Source of the DNA: the human T2T-CHM13v2.0 reference genome, Homo sapiens
Reading direction: 5' to 3' (one strand)
DNA length: 64,000 bases
NCBI RefSeq assembly: GCF_009914755.1
Contig: NC_060932.1
Below the pieces are notes generated by a model. That model made no database searches, was not told where the DNA came from, and worked only from the letters and a program-made list of their open reading frames with translations. Positions 46,582 to 60,670 of this stretch are shown here, in pieces. Both the position numbers and the translations under genes were made by a program. How positions within the stretch are numbered: position 1 is the stretch's first letter; each line of letters starts with the position of its first letter.

Positions 46582-47443
46582 GTGTATACACACACACACA
46601 CAAATACACATACACATACACATACACATACAAATACATATACAAACATACATATATATACTAGTATATATATACTTTATATATATATCCCTTTTTTCTA
46701 AACCTTGGGATAAGGTTTCTTTTTGCATCAAAAACTCTATTGTAAATTTCATAACCAAATAGATATTATACCATCCTTCTCTCTGGACACCCTAAAAAAT
46801 ATGAGAAAAAGAACAGATAAAAAAGGAAATGAAAGTCAATCCTTTAGATTGTCCCCACAGCGTTTCTATGGCAAGGTTTTTTTTTTTTTTAGCCCAGTTG
46901 TATTTTCTGCATTTATTTTTAATGCAGACTAGATTTCTTGCTTAATGTTACAATGAAAGGAAAAAGAGGTGACAATCTCTCTTAGATAAGCTATTAGTGT
47001 CTGTGGGAAGCCAGAAAACTCATTCAACCTTTTATGATTTATATGTGACTGATTGAGTTTTGTTCTTCCAGAAATATTAACAAACATTTGATGGGTACAT
47101 GAGTACATGTCACTTTATTAACAAGTAAATACATTGTATTAGTAGAGAAATAAATAGTAGCCCAATTTTGGAATTGTATTTTAATATTAACGGGATGGTT
47201 CTAGTAATAATGGTAATTGCAATAATTATCTTGAAGTTTTATATAGATTTGACTAGAAACCCATAAACTAAAAAGACAATAATTAAATTGGGTGTAATTC
47301 AATAGATAGCAATGTTATGAACTGTTATAATTAGCTTTTCTGGGAGCACTTTTGTCCTAACCACTGGAAATGTTCAAAACTTGATGGAAATTAGGCCTAG
47401 CAATGTTGTCAGTTTCCTTAAGACAGAGTTAAAAAAAAAAAAA

Positions 47444-47770
<327 letters not shown>

Positions 47771-48514
47771 GACTACCTTCACTTATCAGATGAAGAACTA
47801 AGAAATTAGCCCAAGAACTTTCCTGGAGTCTTAAGATGAGTTTGTAATATTGGACAGAGCCTATTTACGAGAGAGCAAAATAATGGCAAGCACAGGTAAA
47901 TTTGATGAATATGGAAGCTAAAACTTAGCAATTAGGCTTTAGTTTAAGATCCGTGGTCAAGAGTACATAAAATTGGTAATAATTTTCTTCAATTATCTCA
48001 GACAAAAATCAATAGAAATTAAGTTTAGGGGAAAAGCTAATGAGAAAAAGCTACAAAATTTTAATTATTCCCAAATGATAAATGGCCTTCACTATAAATT
48101 ACTGTCTATGATTTTTCTATTTCGCTCTACAAATTATATTTAAAGTTGATTAAAACAACTAGAGTATAAGTGAAAAATTTAGGCAAAAATGACTATTTGG
48201 CATTACAGTCTAACAAAACAAAAATATAAGCCTGTGTCTAAGCATGATCATATTACTTACATTATTTTTTGCTTTTCTGAAATCACAACAAATCAACGTG
48301 TCAATTGATAGGAATTAAATTCTGACCATTTGGCCTCAGTCTTCATGAGGCATAGTAGAAAATGCAAAAGTACATGACATATGTCTTCTTGTGCAAACTC
48401 ACAATTTACTTGTTAAAATTATCAGACATGTAAAGATAAAATGCACAACTGTTAAATATGTTATTCACTCAATTATAAGAAATTCTCAGCCAGTGGTGCC
48501 ATAAATATGATAAG

Positions 48515-48750
48515 AAGGTGGCATGTGATGTGTAATAGGAAAAAAAGACTTTGCATTCAGAAAGAATTGGTTTCGGTTTATGGCTCTTCCACTTGTTTTA
48601 TGTCTGTAAAGTAATATTTTTATGCCTCTGAGCTTAAATTTCCTAACTGTAAAAAATTGCTCCTTACTTCTATCTAAGTTGTTGTGAGGCCATCATAAAA
48701 AATACCAAGTGTCTATCACACAGGTTTCTTCTAAATGTTATTTACTTACA
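48515..48750 (+). mobile_element. MIR fragment
   Basis: agactttgcattcagaaagaattggtttcg...gcctctgagcttaaatttcctaactgtaaaa. Confidence 0.6.
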
Positions 48751-49599
48751 CCAACAAACAAGAATTTTCTCTTAGTAGATAGAACAACATGCTCAAGGAT
48801 CAGAAACAAATGAAATAAATTTGCTTTATTTCTGGAGACCTCAAACTGCTTGAATGATTACAAAATTTTTCCAGGTTAGTTCATATTCTCCCTGTAGAAT
48901 AGTACGCTAGAAGATAACCTATACCTGGAAGTTTGTTACATGGTGTGAAATTAGAACCAAGGAAAGGAATTGGATTATCTTTATTAGTAAGTCATAACAG
49001 CCAGATGCAGCAGTGTTATTTATAGGCTGAGAGTAGGAAAGGGATAGAACTACTTTAAAAAAAAAAAAAGCTGGACACAGGAAGGTTCACCATCTTCATG
49101 ATTATTATCTATTTTCTTTCAAAACATTCTTTCTCCAGAAATTGTTCTTTCTCATTGAGAAAAATTTTTCCACCTAATTTCCTAGTGGTGGCTTCCCAGT
49201 GACTTTAATAGAATGTAAAAATTCTGCAGACTCATTGACCACCTTATATTGATTTGGGAGTCCTGTTTGTATGTTTGGCACTTGTGCTTTCTTAATTTCT
49301 TTCTCCCAAAATAAACAATGCCAACCTCTGCTTGTACCTTTCATTGTGCCCTATAAAGCATTTACAAATAAATACTTCCAAAGTCTTGTAATTTTATTAT
49401 TAAGCAAACAAAACAAACGGCTGTTTATTTTAGCAAACTTCATGGTAAAAATTCTCTGTAATGATGTACTGTGAAATATTTGAAAAAATGTAATAGTTAT
49501 CTAAGTCCTATAAAGTCTTAAATAACTTATTTGGGAGATAATGCTCTCCAGCTTACCAGAAGTTTTAAATTAGCAACACTTCTTAAAAGCATCTTCTTT

Positions 49600-50095
49600 T
49601 GAAACCAGCCAAAATGACCCATAGAACTAATGTGTATGGTTTGTTTTGAATAAACATAGAAATTGGCCCTCCCAGTGTTAAAACGTGAGAAAGTTACATT
49701 TGTCTTACTGAGTTCCTTTCTCAGGAAACCAACCATCAGGCCTCCTAGATGATATAAAGGAACTGAAACTTACCAGACTATCACATCTGGTCAATGAGAC
49801 ACCAGGCAATTAACCCATCATGAGTGCCTAGTGGACCACCTGCTTCCTGTTCACCAACTCCTTTTTTACACCTCTCTAATTCCTGTTTTGCTGCATATAG
49901 TATACATTTCTTCCTTGCTATATAAGCCCCTGATTTTAGTTGGTCAGGGATATGAATTTGACACTGGTCTCTCATCTCCTTGGCTATAGCACCTGAATAA
50001 AGCCTTCTTCCCTGGCAATACTTAGGCCTCAGTGACTGGCTTTCTGTGCAGTAAGCAGCAAGACATAGCCCCAAACCCTGGCATTTCAGTAAGAC
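49600..50095 (+). mobile_element. ERV1 solo LTR, MER66-like
   Basis: tgaaaccagccaaaatgacccatagaactaatg...; TATA ~49920, AATAAA ~49996; TSD cttt. Confidence 0.78.
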
Positions 50096-50493
50096 CTTTC
50101 CACCAAAATAAAGGACCTAAAGTGCCCAAAACTCTTTTACAGTCCAAATGCTGATAAATGACCATTTTTTTCTTTGGTTCTCTTCTTTTTACCCTCCCTT
50201 TCTTTCTCTCCCTCTCCTTTCCCTCCTCCTCTTTCTTCTTTTTTTCTTATTTTTCCTTCTTTGAGTTGCCTATTCAATTGGCACTTAACAGTTTGACCTA
50301 ATAAAAGGAAATTTGGTGATTATGTTGCACATGCCCATAATTTCTTTATAATTTTGTGAAATCAAAACTTTTAAAAACATTGTCTTGTCCTATGCCATTC
50401 CTTCAAGATAGTTATTATACTGTTATACAGCCAATGAAATATGAGAAGAATGTTACTTAATATGAGATTTTATCATGTTTTATCATGTATCAC

Positions 50494-51012
50494 TGTGTCC
50501 GGAGTTGGTTCCTTTCAGCGGGTTCTTGGTTTCGCTGACTTCAAGAATGAAGCCATGGACCTTCGTGGTGAGTGTTACAGCTCGTAAAGGTGGCATGCAC
50601 CCAAAGAGTGGGCAGCAGCAAGATTTATTGTAAAGAGCTAAAGAACAAAGCTTCCACAGCATGGAAGGGGACCCTAGCAGGTTGCCACTGCTAGCTGGCG
50701 TGGCCAGCTTTTATTCCATTATTTGTCCCCACCCACGTCCTGCTGATTGGTCTATTTCACAGAGCACTGATTGTTCCATTTTACAGAATGCTGATTGGTG
50801 CATTTACAATCCTTTAGCTAGACACAAAGTGCTGATTGGTGCATTTTTACAGAGTCCTAATTGGTGCATTTACAATCCTTTAGCTAGACACAGAGCGCTG
50901 ATTGGTGCATTTTTACAGAGTGCTGATTGGTGCATTTACAATCCTTTAGCTAGACAGAAAAATTATCCAAGTCCCCACTCCACCCAGGAAGTCTAGCTGG
51001 CTTCACCTTTCA
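50494..51012 (-). mobile_element. LTR12F-like short ERV9-group solo LTR (519 bp)
   Basis: tgtgtccggagttggttcc...ctggcttcacctttca; tandem gctgattggtgcattt repeats; perfect TSD tcac. Confidence 0.92.
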
Positions 51013-52692
51013 TCACTACAGGAATTTTTAGATAAAATAAAGTATTTTCTTAACATGAAGGTACAATGATTTTTGTTGTTGTTATCTAATAGTACCTAAA
51101 TTCATACATAGAAGTATTTTGACAATTACAGCCCGTCTACTTGTGTTTAAAATATACTGTTTGTATCATCTTTAATATATAGTTATGTATAATGGAAAAA
51201 TTAAACATTAACTCTTAACAAAAAAATATTGATTTGAGTCCATTTTCCATTTGCGTGAGGAAAAAAATACATAAAAAGAAAACATCCAATAAAATATATA
51301 ATCTTAGTTTCTATCTTTGTAAAAATAGAGCTACTATTAAATATTGATTCCTTTTACAGAATTCTTTACATAATGAAGACTATTTTCTTGAGCATTTACC
51401 TTGACTTACTAGAGTGCTTAGTTAATTAAATATACTCAGTCACTTTAATTTTTCTAGCTAACTCTGATTTGACTAATTAAAAAAGTAAAACTATTGTATT
51501 AGACATTTTGAAGGGAGGGACATTTGCTTCATTTCAACAGCTTTAAATGCCACAAAATGCCAGTTAACTAATTTATGCCATTTGAGTGCATAGCATAAAT
51601 GAGTTCAACAAATAAAATTCTTCACAGATACAAGTACTTGCATGTGTGTATGTGTATTAAGCTTCTATTATAAACCAAATATAAACTACCCAAGAAAGTG
51701 AGACTATACCAAAATTCCAAGAAAAAATATAATGGTTTCCAGAATACAAGGACTATATCATATTTTGATTAGAACAAACAAACACAAAGCAAACCTCAGG
51801 AATATGTCTTAGAAATAAAACACATTGAGATTGAAATGTGTTTCTGGATATGGAATTGTGATGTATTCCATAGGCAAAGACCTGATATGAGCATTTCCAG
51901 ATATTCTTATGCTTCCTTTTTAGTATATAAACATATTACTATAAAAATAATAGCTTTCTACTGTCCTTTCTCTTTTATGCTTACCATTCATACATGCATG
52001 ATCAAGGAAAGGAAAATGTTGCATGAAAGAAAACAAAAATGATAGTTCACTTTATGTGTCAGAAGGTTTTAGTGGGAAGTGCTATGACCAACCAACTTTT
52101 TGATATATTAAGATATATAACTTGTTGTACATCACTTTACAAAATCAATTTTTATCCAGACTTAAGAAATTTTTTCTGTGTATATTAAAGTGTACATTAT
52201 GAATACACACTAAAATTATGACAAATTTAGAAATTTAATGTTTAAGTTTCATCTGAAAGGTATTAATTCAGTTATTCAGAAAATATATAAAACAGATATA
52301 CCAGGCACTCTGTGAGGAGATGACTTGTGAAGCACACAGGCCAATATAATTTTTTTTAAAAAAATAAAGAAAGTATAATCTTAGACTAACAATTATACCA
52401 AAGCTTTTTGAAGGGCATAATTAAAGTTAGGAAAATGTGAGAGAGTCCAAGAAAGATAGTTAATCCATTTCATGGTAATCACATGCAGCTTCTTATAGAA
52501 AGGCGTACTTCTAGATCTTGACATTATTTTAGTAATTAGGCCAAGAAACAAAAAAATATGGATTATGTACATGAAAAGAATAACTTGTGTTATAAATACC
52601 ACCACTTATCTAACACTTGGCTTTCCCCTTCTTCATTCTTAAAGAATCCTCAGTTTTGCTCAGATACCACTCCAGCAGTAAAGTGCATGGGA

Positions 52693-52901
52693 AAATAATT
52701 TATTGCATGTTTCATAGTAGCTAGAAGAGAAGAATAGTAATTTCCTAATGCAAAGAAAATATAACTGTTTGAGGGGATGGATGCCTCAATTACCCTGAAT
52801 TGATCATTACACTTTGTAAACATGTATCAAAATATCACATGTACCCCAGAAATATGTACAACTATGAAATATCAATAAAAATACAATAATAATAATAATA
52901 A
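52693..52901 (+). mobile_element. Short L1MA 3' end with (AAT)n tail
   Basis: catgtatcaaaatatcacatgtacccca; degenerate TSD taaagtgcatggga / taaagttcataggga. Confidence 0.85.
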
Positions 52902-54379
52902 TAAAGTTCATAGGGACATATAGGTAGGGGTTTTCATTCACTCCAATACCCATAGAAATAATTCACTTTGGTTCTTATCCACTGTTATTAAAATTGGTCC
53001 TTACTCATTAGAAATTTGTTAAGCAATTGATTAAATCATAACTTGTATTTCAATAAGTAGGATAAAATATATAAATTATGATTCAGATTTTATATATGTA
53101 TATACAAAATCATAGAATAGAACAGAATTTCTCAGATGCAATAATATTAGAGTAAGCATTTCCTCATAAAACCTGTAATGAAAAATAAATATTCTTGGGG
53201 CTCCCATGCAAGATGGCTGAATAGGAACAGCTAGTCTGCTGCTACAAGTAAGAGCAACGCAGAAGGTGAGTGATTTCTACATTTCCAACTGAAGTAAACA
53301 GTTCATCTCACTGGGACTGGTTAGACAGTGTGCGCCACCCACAGAGGGCGAGTAGAAGCAGGATGGGGTGTCACCTCACCTGATAAGTGCAAGAGATAGG
53401 GGAACTCCCTATGTTAGCCAAGGGAAGCCATAAGGGACTGTGCTGTGATGGACAGTGCTATCGGGCCCAGATACTACACATTTCTCACTGTCTTTGCAAC
53501 CCGCAGACCAGGAGATTCCCTTGGGTGCCTAAACCACCAGGGCCCCTGGGTTTCAAGCACAAAACTGGGTAGCTGTTTGGGCTGACACTGAGCTAGCTGC
53601 AGGAGGTTTTTTCTTTTCTTTTTTTTTGGACCCCAGTAGTGCCTGGAACACCAGCGAGACAGAATCATTCACTCCCTTGGAAAGGGGGCTGAAGCCAGGG
53701 AGCCAAATGGTTTTGCTCAGTGGATCCCACCCCCATGGAGCCCAGCAAACTAAGATCCACTGGCTTGAAATTCTCACTGCCAGCACAGCAGTCTGAAGTC
53801 AACCTGTGATGTTCCAGCTTGGTCGGGGGAGGGGAGTCCACCAACACTGAGGCTTGAGTAGGCAGTTTTCCCCTCACAATGTAAACAAAGCCACTAGGCA
53901 GTTTGGACTGAGCGGAGCCCACCACAGTGCCACAAAGCTGCTGTACCCAGACCGCTTCTCTAGATTCCTCCTCTCTGGACAGGGCATCTCTGAAAGAAAG
54001 GTAGGAGTTCCAGTCCAGGTGCTTACAGATAAAACTCCCATCTCCCTGGGACAGAGCACCTGGGTAAAGGGGTGGCTGTGGGCGCAGCTTCAGCAGACTT
54101 AAATGTTCCTTCCTGACAGCTCTGAAGAGAGCAGTGGATCTCCCAGCACAGCGCTCAAGCTCTGCTAAGGGACAGACTTATTCCTCAAGTGGGTCCCTGA
54201 CCTCCGTGCCTCCTGACGGGGAGCCACCTCCCAGCAGGGGTCAACAGACACCTCATACAGGAGAGCTCTGGCTGGTATCTGGTGGGTGCCTCTCTGGGAC
54301 AAAGCTTCCAGAGGAAGGATGATCAAGCAAAAACTCCATCTGAAAGTCACCAAGAGCAAAGGTAGGTAAATCCACGAAG

Positions 54380-55393
54380 ATAAGGAAAAACCAGAGCAAA
54401 AAGTCTGTAAAGTCAAAAACCAAAATGTCTCTTCTCCAAAGGATCACAACTCCTCACCAGCAGGGGATCAACAGGGCAAAGAATTAATTGGAAGAATTGA
54501 CAGAAGTAGGCTTCAGAAGGTAGGTAATAACAGATTCTTTCGTGCTAAAGAAGAATGCTCTAACCCAATGCAAGGAAGCTAAGAACCTTGATAAAAGGTT
54601 AGAGGAATTGCTAATTAGAATAACCATTTAGAGAAGTAAGTAAATGACCTGATGGAGCTGAAAAACACAGTACGAGAACTTCGTGAAGCATACACAAGTA
54701 TCAATAGCTGAATCAATCAAGCAGAAGAAAGGCTATCAGATATTAAAGATCATCTTAATGAAATAAAGCGTGAAGACAAGATAAGAGAAAAAAGAATGAA
54801 AAATAACAAAGCCTCCAAGAAATATGAGACTATGTGAAAAGACCAAACCTATGTTTGATTGGTGTACATGAAAGTGACAGGGAGAATAGAACGAAGTTGG
54901 AAAACACACTTCAGGGTATTATCCAGGAGAACTTCCCCAACCTAACAGGACAGGCCAACATTCAAATTCAGGAAATACAGAGAACATCACAAAGATACTC
55001 CTCGAGAACAGCAACCCCAAGGCACATAATCATCAGATTCACCAAGATCGAAATGAAAGAAAAATGTCAAGAGCAGCCAGAGAGAAAGGTCGGGTTACTC
55101 ACAAAGTGAAGCCCATCAGACTAACAGCAGATCTCACTGCAGAAATCCTACAAGCCAGAAGAGAGTGGGGGCCAATATTCAACATTCTTAACAAAAAGAA
55201 TTTTCAACCCAGAATTTCATATCCAGCCAAACTAAGCTTAATAATTGAAGGGAAAATAAAACCCTTTACAGACAAACAAATGCTGAGGGATTTTGTCAGC
55301 ACCAGGCCTGCCTTACAAGAGCTCCTGAAGGAAGCACTAAATATGGAAAGAAAAAATCGGTACCAGCCACTGCAGAAACAAACCAAAATGTAA
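54380..55393 (+). pseudogene. Disrupted L1 ORF1
   Basis: Peptides KRPNLCLIGV, TPRHIIIRF, FQPRISYPAKLS, RPALQELLKEAL, split by stops and frameshifts. Confidence 0.9.
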
Positions 55394-55456
55394 AGGCTAT
55401 CGACACTATGAGAAAACCGCATTAACTAATGGGCAAAATAACCAGCTGGCATCATA

Positions 55457-58400
55457 ATGATAGGATCAAATTCACACATAACAATATTAACCTTAAATGT
55501 AAACTGGCTAAATGCCCCAATTAAAAGGCCCGGATTGGAAAATTGGATAAAGTGTCAAGACCCATTGGTGTGCTGTATTTAGGAGACCCATCTCACATGC
55601 AAGGACACGCATTTTGTCTTTGTGTGATGGAGGAAGATTTACTGAGCAAATAGAAAGCAAAAAAAGCAGGGTTTGCAATCCTAGTTTCTGATAAAACAGA
55701 CTTTAAACCAACAAAGATCAAAAAGACAAAGAAGGGCATTACATAATCGTAAAGGGATCAATGGAACAAGAAAAGCTAACTATCCTAAATATATATGCAC
55801 CCAATTCAGAAGCACCCAGATTCATAAAGCAGGTTCTTAGAGACCTACGAGACTTAAACTGCCACACAATAATAGTGGGAGACTTTAACACTCCATTGTC
55901 AATATTAGACAGATCAATGACACAGAAGATTAACAAGGATATTCAAGACTTGAACTCAGCTCTGGACCAAGTATATCTAACAGACATCTACAGAATTCTC
56001 CACTCCAAATAAACAGAATATACTTTCTTCTGAGCACCACATAGCCCTTATTCTAAAATTGACCACAAAATTGAAAGTAAATCACTCCTCAGCAAATGCG
56101 AAAAAACAGAAATCATAACACTCTCTCAGACCACTGTGCAATCAAAATTAGAGCTCAGGATTAAGAAACTCACTCAATACCACACAACTACATGGAAACT
56201 GAACAACCTGCTCCTAAATGACTAGTGGGTAAATAACGAAACGAAGGCAGAAACAAAGACACAATGTACAAGAATCTCTGGGACACAGCTAAAGCAGTGT
56301 TTAGAGGGAAATTTGTAGCACTAAATCCCCACAGAAAGAGCAGGAAAGATATAAAATCTACACCGTAACATCACAATTAAAGAACTAGAGAAGCAAGAGC
56401 AAACAAATTCAAAAGGTGGCAGAAGACAAGAAATAACTATGATCAGAGCAGAACTGAAGGAGATAGAGACATGAAAAACCCTTCAAAAAAATCAATGAAT
56501 TCAGGAGCTGGTTTTCTGAAAAAATTAACAAAATAGATAGACTGCTAGTGAGACTAATAAAGAATAAAAGAGAGAAGAATCAAATAGATACAACAAAAAA
56601 TAATAATGGGGAGATTACCACTGATCCCACAGAAATACAAACTACCATCAGAGAATACTATAAACACCTCTATGCAAAAAATCTAGAAAATCTAGAAGAA
56701 ATGGATAAATTCCTGAACATATACACCCTCTCAAGACTAAACCAGGAAGAAGTCAAATCCCTGAGTAAACCAACAAGTTCTAAAATTGAGGCAGTAATTA
56801 TTAAACTACCAACCAAAAAAAAAAGCCCAGGACAAGACAGATTCATAGCTGAATTCTACCGGCGGTATGAAGAGGAGCTGGTACCATTCCTTCTGAAATT
56901 ATTCCAAACAATAGAAAAAGAGGGACTCCTCCCTAACTCATTTTATGAGGCCAGCATCATCCTGATACCAAAACCTGGCAGAGACACAACAAAAAAAAAA
57001 GAAAATTTCAGGCCAATATCCTTGATGAACATCAATGCAAAAATCCTCAATAAAATACTGGAAAACCAAATCAAGCAGCACATTAAAAAGCTTATCTATC
57101 ACAATCAAGTTGGCTTCATCCCTAGGATGCAAGGCTGGTTCAACACATGCAAATCAATAAATGTAATCCATCACATAACAGAAACAACGACCAAAAGCAC
57201 ATGATTATCTCAATAGATGCAGAAAAGGCCTTCGACAAAATTTAACACCCTTCATGCTCAAAACTCCCAATATACTAGGTACAGGTTGGAACTTATCTCA
57301 AAATAATAAGAGCTATTTATGACAAACCCACAGCCAATATCATACTGAATGTGCAAAACCTGGAAGCATTCCCTTTAAAAACCAGCACAAGACAAGGATG
57401 CCCTCTCTTACCACTCCTATTCAATATAGTATTGGAAGTTCTGGCCAGGGCAGTCAGGCAAGAGAAAGAAATAAAGGGTATTCAAAAAGGAAGAGATAAA
57501 GTCAAATTATCTCTGTTTGCAAATGGTATGATTTCATATTTAGAAAACCCCATTATCTCAGCACAAAATCTCCTTAAGCTGATAAGCAACTTCAGCAAAC
57601 TCTCAGGATACAAAATCATTGTGCAAAAATCAAGCATTACTATACACCAATAATAGATAGAGAGGCGAATCATGAGCAAACTCTCATTCACAATTGCTAC
57701 AAAGAGAATAAAATACCTAGGAATAAAACTTACAAGGGATGTGAAGCACCTCCTCAAGAGAACTACAAACCACTGCTTAAAATAATAAGGGAGGACACAT
57801 AAAAATTGAAGAACATTCCATGCTCATGGATAGAAAGAATTCATATTGTGAAAATGGCCATACTTCCCAAAGTAATTTATAGATTCAATGCTATTCCCAT
57901 CAAGCTAGCATTGACTTTCTTCACAGAATTAGACAAAACTGCTTTAAACTTCACATGGAACCAAAAAAGAGCCCATATAGCCAAGACAATCCTAAGCAAA
58001 AAGAACAAAGCAGGAGGCATCACACTACCTGACTTCAAAATATATAAAATAATATATAAATATATAAATATTTATTTATTTTATTTATATTTTAAGTTCT
58101 GGGATACATGTGCAGAATGTGCAAGTTTGTTACATAGGTATACATGTGCCATGGTGGTTTGCAAAAAGAACAAGACTACAGTAACCAAAACAGCATGGTA
58201 CTGGTACCCAAACAGATATATAGACCAATGGAATAGAACAGAGGCCTCAGAAATAACACCACACATCTACAACCATCTGATCTTTGATACACCTGACAAA
58301 AACAAGCAATGGGGAAAGGATTCCCTATTTAATAAATGGTGTTGGGAAAACTGGCTAGCCATATGCAGAAAACTGAAGGGGACCCCTTCCTTATACCTTA

Positions 58401-58704
58401 TACAAAAATTAACTCAAGATGGCTTAAATGTTTAAATGTAAGACCTAAAACCATAAAAACACTAGAAGAAAACCCAGGCAATACGATTCAGGACGTAGGC
58501 ATGGGCAAAGACTTCATGACTAAAACACCAAAAGCAATTGCAACAAAAGCCCAAATTGACAAATGGGATGTAATTAAACTAAAGAGCTTCTGCACAGCAA
58601 AAGAAACTATTATCAGAGTGAACAGACAACCTACAGAATGGAAGAAAATTTTTGCAGTCTATCCATCTGATAAATGGCTAATATCCAGAATCTACAAGGC
58701 ACTT
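55457..58704 (+). pseudogene. Disrupted L1 ORF2 (EN and RT, C-terminus deleted)
   Basis: ILNIYAPN and IVGDFNTPL endonuclease motifs; RT FADD mutated to FANG; multiple frameshifts. Confidence 0.9.
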
Positions 58705-58855
58705 GTAGGGGGACAAGAGGAGGGATAGCATTAGGAGAAATACCTAATGTGGATGATGGGTTGATTGGTGCAGCACACCACCATGGCACATATATACCTA
58801 TGTAACAAGCTTGCACATTCTGCACATGTATCCCAGAACTTAAAATATAATAAAA

Positions 58856-58886
<31 letters not shown>

Positions 58887-59039
58887 ATATTCTTTTTAAT
58901 TTTTTGGTAAAAATTACCACAGGCTCCAGCTAAGCTCATCTAAGTAGTACTTGTTTTTGTAGTATGTGATTTGTCTCTATGTGGGCTTCAAATGAGTGGT
59001 GAGGGAGAAACACATGTCCACTAAGAAAGATGGCTTTTT

Positions 59040-59651
<612 letters not shown>

Positions 59652-60189
59652 CCATGAGAGTGCGTACTATTTTCACAGAAAAAAAAACAAATGATGTACT
59701 AAATTAGGAAATTAGGTTCCATGTTTGTTTTAAGTAGGAGTACAGTAAGAGTCAACTTGCACATTAAAACTTTTGTGTACAGAGGAAAAATTAGTGAAGT
59801 TCTGAATCTGAGAACAACAGGCATATGTAGAACATGTTTAATCCATAAAATATACTGACCAATGTTAATGAGTAACTATGGGGTTGGACAAAATTTGGGG
59901 ATAATTTGGAAAGGTAATTGATGTAAATAAATATGCTCCTAGAATAGCTACCTGCTTTCTAGATATATTAGTATATAATTCATATACATGAAGTGTTGAA
60001 GGAAAGGCATATTTGGAAAGTTCATCATTGGTGATAATTTGGATAAGTAATTTAGGCAATGCTTGTGAAATTTGTGAATGGATATTTGATAGCTGGTTGA
60101 ATATACGGATTGAAGCATCAGGAGAGAAGTTTCAACTAGCAATATAAATATGAGAATCATAATCACATAGTGAAAAATTCAAGCCAAGT

Positions 60190-60556
60190 GCATTCCTTTA
60201 TTTTACAAGTACTTATTGAGTGTCTAATGTATGCTAGGACACATTCCTATGTGTCTTTATATGTATATTAAAATAAATAATAAGTAATATGCAAAAGAGA
60301 AGCAGTCACCGATTATTCCCTAGTTGAGCTTACATTTTTTTTTAGTGGAGACAAAAATGAAAATTAAATGTAATAAATATGTAAAATCCATTTATTATAA
60401 TAATTTTTATATAAATAAAATTATACAAATACTAATTTATTATATAAATAAAAATTATTATTATATAAATAAAATTTATTAATAGTTTATTATAATTTGG
60501 TAAATGCTGTGAAAATAGAAAAAGAGAAAGTACAAAAGAGAGTTAGGAGTACCTGC

Positions 60557-60591
<35 letters not shown>

Positions 60592-60670
60592 ATGTGCACA
60601 TACTTTCATCTGTGTATTTAAGGTAATCAGGATAGACCTGATTGAGAATTTTGTCCTTTGAGTATACTTT
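60190..60670 (-). mobile_element. L2 3' fragment containing an AT-rich expansion and (TG)n
   Basis: acaagtacttattgagtgtctaatgtatgctaggacacatt; gttgagcttacatt. Confidence 0.6.
60561..60588. repeat. (TG)14 microsatellite
   Basis: Uninterrupted tg run. Confidence 0.97.

Larger units (their letters stand above)
53197..58880 (+). mobile_element. Near full-length L1PA (approx. L1PA7/8) with internal deletions and an inverted insert
   Basis: 5'UTR caagatggctgaataggaacagct, ORF1 and ORF2 peptides, (TAAA)n tail; TSD aaataaatattctt (53183-53196 and 58881-58894). Confidence 0.97.

Noticed and set aside
50740-50960. Repeat-spacer-like pattern resembling a CRISPR array
   Set aside because: The intervening units are themselves repeats. 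This is the standard LTR12 tandem CCAAT region in eukaryotic DNA with no cas genes.
57806-58435. 209-aa ORF with an unusual [12 protein letters not shown] insert as a chimeric protein
   Set aside because: The frame merely reads through the inverted insert within a dead ORF2.
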